From: Pyrodictium occultum
GTDB taxonomy: Archaea; Thermoproteota; Thermoprotei_A; Sulfolobales; Pyrodictiaceae
Direction: 5' to 3'
DNA: 32,000 nt
Assembly: GCF_001462395.1 (NCBI RefSeq)
Contig: NZ_LNTB01000001.1
Coordinates: 1,170,001 to 1,202,000, forward strand
Shown piece after piece: positions 17,009 to 24,155 of the stretch. Within the stretch, counting starts at the first letter, position 1. Every line of letters starts with the position of its first letter. The notes beneath the pieces were generated by a model. The model was not told where the DNA came from and did not search any database. It saw only the letters and a list, made by a program, of their open reading frames with translations. The position numbers were made by a program, and so were the translations under genes.

Positions 17009-17689
17009 CTACCCTACTATAAGTCCGCACAAGGCACCGCTATTCGCTTCACCCCCTCTACATATGGGCGAAGCTACATACACTTGCCCGAAGAGATCAA
17101 GGAGTCTCTCCCTTACATAGGGCATGTACCTTGCGGGAAGAGTTAGAGGCTGGATGAAGAGTACACTTAATCGACGTAGCCTGCCGACGCCCTCTATATT
17201 AAGACATAGAGTGAGTGAACTAATGTACTGGCCTATGGTCACGCATGTTGTAGCTCCGGGAGGCGCAAGGGGAGGGATGAACCCTATCATAAGGGGGATC
17301 GCTAGCTTCTGTGACACACGGAGCCCTATTACGGATGACAAATCGTTCACTACCAGGACGCGATCAAATATTTGCCCCGCTTCACGTACACGCTCCGTGA
17401 GCATAAACGCGAGGATCTCGAGAACTTCCATGTCCCCGACTATGTCGTCTATAGCTTCCGACGAGATTATTCTAGCTAGGTACCTCTTCACGTTAGTATC
17501 GCCCGTGAACAACTTGATTATTAGCTCCGCATGCTTCATACTAGGCAGGGTGTGGCCACGCAAATACCTGCTTATCATAGATGGTGGTATTGAGAGCTTG
17601 CTGCTCAGCTCCCTGTAGGTGTAGAAGCGGTGCAGAAACCGGAGCATGCTTATAGATATGGTTCTCCTCGCCAACTCGTCAATCCTCAT
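17009..17689 (-). CDS. putative regulator: N-terminal HTH plus degenerate phosphoribosyltransferase-like domain
   Basis: I prefer the start at MRIDELARR (ATG 17689), because the upstream 46 codons are Cys/His/Trp-rich. YRELSSKLSIPPSMISRYLRG is an XRE-like HTH. FDRVLVVNDLSSVIGLRVSQKLAIPL resembles the PRTase hood/first strand region, but the PRPP loop is degenerate. Confidence 0.45.
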   Translation of the reverse strand: MRIDELARRTISISMLRFLHRFYTYRELSSKLSIPPSMISRYLRGHTLPSMKHAELIIKLFTGDTNVKRYLARIISSEAIDDIVGDMEVLEILAFMLTERVREAGQIFDRVLVVNDLSSVIGLRVSQKLAIPLMIGFIPPLAPPGATTCVTIGQYISSLTLCLNIEGVGRLRRLSVLFIQPLTLPARYMPYVRERLLDLFGQVYVASPICRGGEANSGALCGLIVG

Positions 17690-17856
17690 AGTGTTAGCCC
17701 TCCCCAGATAATGTTGCCAGTCAGTGCCATGGCAGCATGTGTTGTACGTCGCCTGGCAGTGGAGGTGTGAAGCGAGTATGCTAAATATTAACGTTCCTCG
17801 GGAGTATGTAGAAATACTAGGCCACACTCACAAGCACTTATGGAGAGGGGGCTGCG

Positions 17857-18729
17857 GTGTCCTCCCAGGCAAGGATTCCTCCAGAGGTCAAAGCGCGTAT
17901 AGAGGCTTTCAAGAAGATACGCGAGCAGGAGAAGAAAGTAGAAGAGAATATGAAAAAGATAAAGTACAAGATAGCAGTATTGAGCGGTAAGGGTGGCGTC
18001 GGGAAGTCCTTTATCACAGCGAGTCTCGCATTCGCTATGAGCTATCTAGGGCGCAAGGTAGGTGTTCTAGATGCTGATATATACGGGCCGTCAATACCCA
18101 AGATGATGGGTGTGCAGGGCCAGTCGGTTATGGCTACATCGGATGGAAGAATTATACCAGTTACAGCCCCTCTAGGCGTCAAGGTAATCTCCATAGGCCT
18201 GCTCCTACCGGAGGAGGATGTGCCCGTTATCTGGCGCGGCCCGCTCTCAACCTCGGCCATCCGGGAGATGCTAGCCTATACTGACTGGAGTGAGCTCGAC
18301 TACCTCTTCATAGACCTGCCTCCGGGCACTGGGGACGAGCAGCTCACTATAGCTCAGTTGATAAAGGATCTTACCGGCACGATAATAGTCACCATACCCT
18401 CTGACGTGTCTAGGGTTGTCGTAGCGAAGGCTGTTAATTTCGCACGTAAGCTGAACGTCCCAATAGTAGGCATTATAGAGAATATGAGCTACTTCGAGTG
18501 TCCTGATGGATCTAAACACTACATATTTGGAGAGGGCGTGGCTAAGAAGATAGCGGAGAAGTATGGAATAAGATTCCTAGGCGAGGTACCTATAGACCCT
18601 CGCATATCCCGTGCCAATGACGCGGGGGAGCCTTTCTTCGTAAAGTACCCGGACAGCAAGGCTTCTAAGGTTATACTGGAGCTGGCTAAGACCATAGCAG
18701 AGATCGTAGAACAGGGAACCGGTGGGTAG
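17857..18729 (+). CDS. mrp: Mrp/NBP35/ApbC-family Fe-S cluster carrier ATPase
   Basis: 290 aa with a GTG start. It has the deviant Walker A KIAVLSGKGGVGKS, DLPPGTGD, and IVGIIENMSYFECPDGSKHYIFG. Confidence 0.9.
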   Translation: MSSQARIPPEVKARIEAFKKIREQEKKVEENMKKIKYKIAVLSGKGGVGKSFITASLAFAMSYLGRKVGVLDADIYGPSIPKMMGVQGQSVMATSDGRIIPVTAPLGVKVISIGLLLPEEDVPVIWRGPLSTSAIREMLAYTDWSELDYLFIDLPPGTGDEQLTIAQLIKDLTGTIIVTIPSDVSRVVVAKAVNFARKLNVPIVGIIENMSYFECPDGSKHYIFGEGVAKKIAEKYGIRFLGEVPIDPRISRANDAGEPFFVKYPDSKASKVILELAKTIAEIVEQGTGG

Positions 18730-18742
18730 ATGGTTGGCAAGA

Positions 18743-18762
18743 CTTATATTTCAATATATTTC
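18743..18762 (+). promoter_or_regulatory. tandem TATA-like boxes (CTTATATTTCAATATATTTC) upstream of the AbrB-ACT gene
   Basis: An AT-rich element centred about 29 nt upstream of GTG 18786, which fits leaderless geometry. Confidence 0.35.
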
Positions 18763-18785
18763 TGCATGTCGAACGGTGGACTTAG

Positions 18786-19196
18786 GTGCGACTTGCCGAG
18801 ATAGTAAAGGTTGATAGCAAGGGCAGGGTCACAATCCCCCTAGTGGTGCGCGTGGCCCTCAATATAGTCGAGGGTATGAATCTAATCCTAATCGCCGACC
18901 CAGACAAGCGTGAGATTGTCCTAACCCCGCTGCCCAGTGCGGAGAGCAGGCTCTATGAGCTACGCATAGAGTTCAAAGATGTACCAGGGGCTCTGGCGAG
19001 AGCCTCGGAGAAACTAGCCGAGTTAGGAGTTGACCAGGTTACTACGCAGTGCACCACAGTCAAGCGGGGAGAGTATGCAGAGTGCATAATAATTATAGAT
19101 CTCTCCCACAGTGATAAGAACATAGAAACTGTAAAGAAGGAGCTATCCTCGCTCGAGGAAGTCCGTTTTATACAGGCCAGACCTCTCCAGCGCTAG
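18786..19196 (+). CDS. AbrB/SpoVT-type DNA-binding domain fused to an ACT-like domain
   Basis: 136 aa. VKVDSKGRVTIPLVVRVAL is the swapped-hairpin AbrB signature. The C-terminal half (YELRIEFKDVPGALARASEKLAELGV) is ACT-like. Confidence 0.7.
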   Translation: MRLAEIVKVDSKGRVTIPLVVRVALNIVEGMNLILIADPDKREIVLTPLPSAESRLYELRIEFKDVPGALARASEKLAELGVDQVTTQCTTVKRGEYAECIIIIDLSHSDKNIETVKKELSSLEEVRFIQARPLQR

Positions 19197-19211
19197 GTCC
19201 CCGGGGCCCCC

Positions 19212-20009
19212 ATGGCGCCTGCCGCGGTTTTTGTTGGATGCTGCGGCTTCCCATTCTCTAGGAAGAAGTACTACGAGTTGTTCTCCACGGTTGAGCTGCA
19301 GCAGACCTTCTACGATCTCCCCGAGAGGAGCCTTGCCGAGAAATGGCGTAGAGAGGCGCCCAGCTCCTTCATATTTAACATGAAGGCGTGGCAGGTCATA
19401 ACGCACCCCCCTACAAGCCCCACATGGAGACGCATGAGGAGGCGTCCTCAGGGCAGGCTGGAGAACTATGGCTACCTGAGACCTACCCCTGAGAACCTTG
19501 AAGCGTGGCGTAAGAGCGTGGAGATCGCGGAGACGCTGCGGGCAAGGGTTATGGTCCTGCAGACTCCCCCGAGCTTCGGTTACAGCGGCGAGAACGAGCG
19601 TAACGCTAGGGAATTCTTCTCCAGAGCGTTGGAGGCAGTCGGGGACGCCATGCTTGTAGGCTGGGAGCCTAGAGGTAGTTGGCTCGAGAACTATGATGCT
19701 ATAAAGGATATAGTTTGTGGCAGGCCCGGCCTCATACATGTTGTTGACATTCTTAGAAGGCCGCCGGTTGTATGTGAGGGACAAGAGCTACTATATTTCC
19801 GTCTTCATGGCCTCGGGGGGAGGGAGGTGAACTACCGGTACAAGTATAGAGATGAGGACCTGGCCAGGCTTGCATCCATCCTGGCCAGCATATTAGAGGA
19901 GTATGACAGTGTAAGGGAAGTCTATGTTATGTTTAACAATATCTATATGGGGGAGGATGCCCAGAGGTTTAGGGAGATAGCCGCGGGCATGGGACTCCGG
20001 GTAATCTAG
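19212..20009 (+). CDS. DUF72 (UPF0759) family protein
   Basis: 265 aa. VGCCGFPF...YYELFSTVELQQTFY...W......FIFNMKAWQVITH matches the DUF72 N-terminal pattern. Confidence 0.7.
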   Translation: MAPAAVFVGCCGFPFSRKKYYELFSTVELQQTFYDLPERSLAEKWRREAPSSFIFNMKAWQVITHPPTSPTWRRMRRRPQGRLENYGYLRPTPENLEAWRKSVEIAETLRARVMVLQTPPSFGYSGENERNAREFFSRALEAVGDAMLVGWEPRGSWLENYDAIKDIVCGRPGLIHVVDILRRPPVVCEGQELLYFRLHGLGGREVNYRYKYRDEDLARLASILASILEEYDSVREVYVMFNNIYMGEDAQRFREIAAGMGLRVI

Positions 20010-20186
20010 TCCAGCTACCTACCTGGTACCCTGGGGCCACTCAGCCGGTGGTATTGCTCTTCACAGCCCGCGCGCTCCAGGCGGGTAGAGCTGCATCACA
20101 GCGGCCCCCAGGGTACTAAGGTGCCCGGAAAATAGTGAAAGCCTGCCCATCCCTACAAACCTATTCCCGGGGCAGGGTGGTCTACG

Positions 20187-20948
20187 TTGACCTTCAGGGC
20201 GGTCTATCCTGCAGCTACGAAGTTTAAGTACATAGTCCAGTCGATAGTTAAGGTTATGGATGAGATACCCTTCACAGCGACCCATGAAGGGCTCGATGTG
20301 AGAACGCTGACCCCTGACAAGACTACAATGATTGTAATGAGACTCCCAGTAACGACGTTCGAGGAGTACGAGCTCACGGAGGATAAGAAGACGTTTATAG
20401 TACCCTCTGACGAGCTTAACCGTATAGCCAAGAGGGGTACCCGTAACGATCTTGTAGAGCTTAAGCTCGACGAGGAGCATCGCCGTCTCGAAGTGAACTT
20501 CATAGATAAGAAGACGGGTGTTGTGAGAAGCTTCTACGTGCCGCTGAGGGAGGGTGTTGTCGAGGAGCTGAGCGAGCCCCAGGTAGAGCTTACAGTCACT
20601 GCCAGAATGGTTGCCGACGACTTCAAAAACATTATAAATGATGCCAAGGTGGTGAGCGATGAAGTGGAGTTCAGCAGCTACGAGGATAGAATGGAGGTTT
20701 ATGCGGAGTCCGCTCAGAAACGCTATCATGGTGTATTCCGTGTAGGCGAGCTCCTCATCAGCCTAGAGGTTGAGGGTAGCACTCCCGTGAAGGCTAAGTA
20801 CTCTATAGACTTGCTGAAGGCCAGTGTAAAGGCGACATCTGCTGCAGACACCGTGACCATCCAGTACGGGGAAGCTCTCCCTATGAGGATAAGCTTCGAT
20901 CTACCCAGCGGCGGGCTGCTGATATACTGGGTGTCACCGAGAATATAG
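20187..20948 (+). CDS. pcn: DNA polymerase sliding clamp (PCNA)
   Basis: 253 aa with a TTG start. Typical PCNA length and pattern: FKYIVQSIVKVMDEIPFTATHEGLDVRTLTPDKTTMIVMRLP...KAKYSIDLLK...PMRISF. Confidence 0.9.
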   Translation: MTFRAVYPAATKFKYIVQSIVKVMDEIPFTATHEGLDVRTLTPDKTTMIVMRLPVTTFEEYELTEDKKTFIVPSDELNRIAKRGTRNDLVELKLDEEHRRLEVNFIDKKTGVVRSFYVPLREGVVEELSEPQVELTVTARMVADDFKNIINDAKVVSDEVEFSSYEDRMEVYAESAQKRYHGVFRVGELLISLEVEGSTPVKAKYSIDLLKASVKATSAADTVTIQYGEALPMRISFDLPSGGLLIYWVSPRI

Positions 20949-20980
20949 CTAGGTATGGCTGCATTCTAAAATGTAAAATG

Positions 20981-21235
20981 CTAGGGCGACTCAAGCCTTT
21001 TCAACAACTCTTCTAGCGCCTTCTTGGCCTCAGTCCTCTCCTCCTGCCTCCTTCTCGCGTAGAGCCTGCGCAGCTTTGGAAACCATACAGGCTTCGGGCA
21101 GATACTGCGCTCGGGACAGGCTAGGCAGCAGTAGGGGCAGACATTCCGCTCACTGTGAAGCCAGCACTGCTTCACTGGGTAGTGGCGCCCGCATATACTG
21201 CAGCGCTCCCAGAATATGCTCAATACTTCAAGCAC
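20981..21235 (-). CDS. small Cys-rich zinc-ribbon-like protein
   Basis: 84 aa. CSICGRHYPVKQCWLHSERNVCPYCCLACPERSICP (nine Cys) is followed by a basic/acidic helix. TTTATAG lies about 33 nt upstream (21266-21273), which fits a leaderless start. Confidence 0.5.
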   Translation of the reverse strand: MLEVLSIFWERCSICGRHYPVKQCWLHSERNVCPYCCLACPERSICPKPVWFPKLRRLYARRRQEERTEAKKALEELLKRLESP

Positions 21236-21319
21236 CCGGTACGGTGTATGCCCCCGCGTCCCAAGCTATAAATGCCATGAGGCCCCGGGTTGACTAGATA
21301 GGGTTTATCCCGGGTGTCT

Positions 21320-21434
21320 CCGCGCTGTACTGGCGACGGCTGACCGATGAGTAGCCAGTAATCGCGGCGGGGCACAGCTCTCGGGGCTCTGCCGCCCCGT
21401 GGTGTAGGCTGGCACGAGGGATGATGCCGTAGCC
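21320..21434 (+). ncRNA. candidate structured RNA or leader: three consecutive stem-loops, the first capped by a K-loop-like CUGA..GAUGAG
   Basis: Hairpin 1 (21320-21367): CCGCG-CUG-UACUGGC[GACGGCUGACCGAUGAGUA]GCCAGUA-AU-CGCGG. Hairpin 2 (21366-21398): a GC-rich stem of about 14 bp. Hairpin 3 (21407-21434): GGCUGGCA[CGAGGGAUGA]UGCC-GU-AGCC. TATAAAT lies at 21266-21273 upstream and TTATTT at about 21454 downstream. Strand and function are unproven. Confidence 0.3.
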
Positions 21435-21492
21435 GCCTTGTGCGGTATAAGAGTTATTTGCGCGTTAACTCTGGGCTAGCTGGGATGCCTCC

Positions 21493-21873
21493 ATGCAGCG
21501 CGTAGTGGTAGAGGTCGATATGGCTAAGTACAAGATGGTGGATCTTCCAGGCGATGAAGCTCTAAAACTTCTAGAAAAGATTGGTGAGCTTAGAGGTGGG
21601 CTTACGCCGGATATGCAGGAGGTTATAAGGTATATTAGGAATTTCGACGAGTTCTACACGTATATGCGCAAGAAGTTCAAGGACTATATTGCGCCGCCGC
21701 ACAAGCCGGAAGACTATATCAGGGGTGCAGTAGTTGTGGACAAGATCAAGCTCTATAAGGAGGACGAGGAGAAACGGGTTGTAATAGTGTTTGATAGGAG
21801 AGTAGACGTTGACATCATTGTCGACGCGCTACGGGCGCTGGGCTACAAGGTCGAAATAAAGAAGGTGTTTTAG
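21493..21873 (+). CDS. hypothetical protein (126 aa)
   Basis: ORF track, protein-like composition. The alternative start MAKYKMVDL is at 21520. It is not L7Ae despite the similar size. Confidence 0.5.
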   Translation: MQRVVVEVDMAKYKMVDLPGDEALKLLEKIGELRGGLTPDMQEVIRYIRNFDEFYTYMRKKFKDYIAPPHKPEDYIRGAVVVDKIKLYKEDEEKRVVIVFDRRVDVDIIVDALRALGYKVEIKKVF

Positions 21874-21898
21874 CTTGCAGGCCCGGAGGTTATGCAGG

Positions 21899-22123
21899 CT
21901 ATTTCCTTCTACGTCTCCTACCCAGGGTAGGCACTTTCACCGCACTAAGCATGCTAGTGGCTTCGGCCTTCCCGACCTCCCCCTTTACATACTTCTCAAG
22001 TATCTCTGTGCGCTTAACCATGGCCTCGAGGAGAGCTGCGTTAATATCGATAGCCTCCTCCTCAACTTCTTCCTCACTCTCGTGGGCCTTCTCGCTGACT
22101 TCCTCGAATACCTCCTCCGACAT
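21899..22123 (-). CDS. small acidic protein with RRRRRK tail (possibly Rpo13-like)
   Basis: MSEEVFEEVSEKAHESEEEVEEEAIDINAALLEAMVKRTEILEKYVKGEV...GRRRRRK. The layout is an acidic N-terminus, a helix-turn-helix-sized core and a basic tail, which resembles crenarchaeal RNA polymerase subunit Rpo13 as I recall it. GTTTATTG lies about 45 nt upstream. The overlapping plus-strand ORFs look like shadows. Confidence 0.4.
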   Translation of the reverse strand: MSEEVFEEVSEKAHESEEEVEEEAIDINAALLEAMVKRTEILEKYVKGEVGKAEATSMLSAVKVPTLGRRRRRK

Positions 22124-22215
22124 TGCCGCCCTCACCCTAGCGTACCCGCCATCCCCCGGGTTTCCGGCAATAAACTCTTACCTAAACCTCTTCAATCACA
22201 ACTCCCGGATAGTGA

Positions 22216-24093
22216 TCACCGAGCAATATTTACTAGCAGTGGCGCGTCTAACCCTACATCGCCTACAACCACGTAGCCTTTCGGCAGCCTCGCTATTGTG
22301 TAAGCGAGCGCCTCTGGGGAGTCGTCGGCAGAGTTCTTCGAGATGGCCTCTGCCGCGAATTTTGCCTCTGCAGGATCTGTATGCCTAAGGCATATCACTG
22401 TACCCATGTTGGCCGCCACTGTCTTATCTATCTCGCTCGCTCTCTGGGTTACAAGAACTAGCATTACCCCATACTTCCTAAGCTCAGCAGCTATGAGGGC
22501 TACTATGTTACGTTTTCTCGTCTTGCGCGCGAAGAGGTGTGCCTCGTCTATAAGGAGTATGTAGCGCAGCTTGTCCGAGGGGCCTAGCCTCTTAACCATG
22601 TAGTACAGTTTGTAAAGTAAGGTGTCCGTGTATAGTATCATTTGCTCCCTCGTAGCCAGCCGGGATAGGTCAAAGACTATGGCTGCTGTCCTGCTGCCAG
22701 GCAGGGGGAACGGCACACTGCTCCCTCCGAATGCCGTGGCTAGGGACGACAGGTACATAGCTACTATGCCGGCCCTGGGCTCCTTCTTGGCCATACCCTC
22801 TAGTATCTTCACTACGTCGGTAATTGTTGGCAGCTTCCTGTTCCACGTTGAGGGATCGTCCTCCCTTATCCCGGCATTCTCGTAGGCGAGCAGGATGGCT
22901 TCTTCGAGTATTCTAGACTGTATCGGGCCCAGCTGGTAGAGCTCTGCTATGAGTTCTACAAGCTCCAATGCCCTCTCTCGGGGGCTTTGCCCTGTGAAGT
23001 CAAGGGGGTTGGGTGCCTCCTTGGAGGCGTCTACTATCCTCACGCCGGGTACCCCGCCGAGCATTGTGGAGTATTCTCCATGGGGGTCTATGACCAGCAG
23101 TATTGGGCTCTTGGCTTCCTCCAGTATTGATCTTGCTAGCCGGATTGCTGTGGACGACTTGCCCGCCCCCGTCGTTCCTGTTATCAGCACGTGAGGGTTC
23201 TCTCGTGTTGTGGCTGTGGCCAGGCGGTAGTCCACCCTCGGGTAGCTCGGCGCCCACCAGGCGCCTGTTATCGGCTGCGTCTGTGTTATAGTGTAGCGTA
23301 TGGTGGGGGCATAAACCATCACGGCTTCAAGGACGCCTAGCCGGTAGCCGGTGCGCTCGGCGAGCCTTAGTGTAGTGGGTAGTGCTTCGACGGGGAGTAC
23401 TGATACCATTGCCACTAGCAGCAGTGGTTGTGGCAAGGCGAGCGCGGCGACGAGCACCGGGAGGAGGAGGCCGGCTGTTAACGTGTCTAACGAGGATACA
23501 AGGGACACCGGTACTGCGAGGACCGCTGATGAGAGAAGCAGTGCCTGGTAGAGGCTCTGCCCGATGTAGTTTACCGGGTTCACCATCTCCTCTACAGGGA
23601 AGGCCAGCAGGGATGAAGTTATCAGTATGATGGCTGCATTTCTGCGTGCCGTGCAGAGGCTGTATTCCAGCAGGCTCGGCTTAATAGCCTGTAGGAGGTT
23701 CCTTGCCGCCACATCTATGTATGGCCTTGAGCGTATCAGCGATACAAGTCTCGCTATGAATACAGCTCCCGAGGCTACTAGAGCCAAGAGTAGGGGTATG
23801 TCTGAAGCAAAGCCTCTCCAGAGAGCCTCGATGCCGCCTTGGAGTGTGCCGGCCTGGCTCGTCCCGGGTTTTGAAATGCTTGATGCGAGCGAGTAGATGC
23901 CTATAGCCGCGTTGTGCAGCAGCGCGATTACCGCTATGGCGAGGGATCTTGAGAGGAGTGCAGCTACTACAGCTATGAGCGTCATCGATGATGTATAGCC
24001 TGTAGAGCCGCCCCAGGCGCTGAGGAGCGTGGAGACCAGCGAAAGTAATACTAGCGCTAGCACCCATGAACGGACTCTGGCGGTGGCGTCCAA
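22216..24093 (-). CDS. polytopic-membrane-anchored HerA/VirB4-like P-loop ATPase
   Basis: 625 aa with a TTG start (GTG 24063 possible). Residues about 10-250 contain at least six long hydrophobic stretches. Then come HVLITGTTGAGKSS (Walker A), LLVIDPHGEY, ILLIDEAHLF (Walker B) and LVTQRASEIDKTV...ICLR, the HerA/DUF87-VirB4 pattern. Confidence 0.8.
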   Translation of the reverse strand: MDATARVRSWVLALVLLSLVSTLLSAWGGSTGYTSSMTLIAVVAALLSRSLAIAVIALLHNAAIGIYSLASSISKPGTSQAGTLQGGIEALWRGFASDIPLLLALVASGAVFIARLVSLIRSRPYIDVAARNLLQAIKPSLLEYSLCTARRNAAIILITSSLLAFPVEEMVNPVNYIGQSLYQALLLSSAVLAVPVSLVSSLDTLTAGLLLPVLVAALALPQPLLLVAMVSVLPVEALPTTLRLAERTGYRLGVLEAVMVYAPTIRYTITQTQPITGAWWAPSYPRVDYRLATATTRENPHVLITGTTGAGKSSTAIRLARSILEEAKSPILLVIDPHGEYSTMLGGVPGVRIVDASKEAPNPLDFTGQSPRERALELVELIAELYQLGPIQSRILEEAILLAYENAGIREDDPSTWNRKLPTITDVVKILEGMAKKEPRAGIVAMYLSSLATAFGGSSVPFPLPGSRTAAIVFDLSRLATREQMILYTDTLLYKLYYMVKRLGPSDKLRYILLIDEAHLFARKTRKRNIVALIAAELRKYGVMLVLVTQRASEIDKTVAANMGTVICLRHTDPAEAKFAAEAISKNSADDSPEALAYTIARLPKGYVVVGDVGLDAPLLVNIAR

Positions 24094-24138
24094 GCCCCTG
24101 GCCCCTGGTGGTGGCCCGGAGCACCGGCTGCGGCCTAA

Positions 24139-24153
24139 GGGTGAAATAGTATA
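24139..24153. promoter_or_regulatory. single AT-rich element (GAAATAGTATACT) in the 62-nt divergent spacer
   Basis: It is the only TATA-like sequence between the divergent ATPase and helicase genes. The geometry fits the minus-strand gene better (about 50 nt to TTG 24093) than ATG 24156. Confidence 0.25.
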
Positions 24154-24155
24154 CT

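Noticed and set aside
21320-21434. H/ACA guide sRNA or canonical C/D sRNA interpretation of the structured spacer
   Set aside because: The internal loops (3 nt / 2 nt) are too small for a pseudouridylation pocket, and no ACA box lies at the right distance. The AUGAUGC box has no downstream CUGA, so it is not a standard C/D unit.
21875-22388. Plus-strand ORFs 21875..22276 and 21951..22388
   Set aside because: They overlap each other, the 3' end of the ATPase gene and the small acidic minus-strand ORF. Their products are Ser/Pro/Leu-rich low-complexity sequence.
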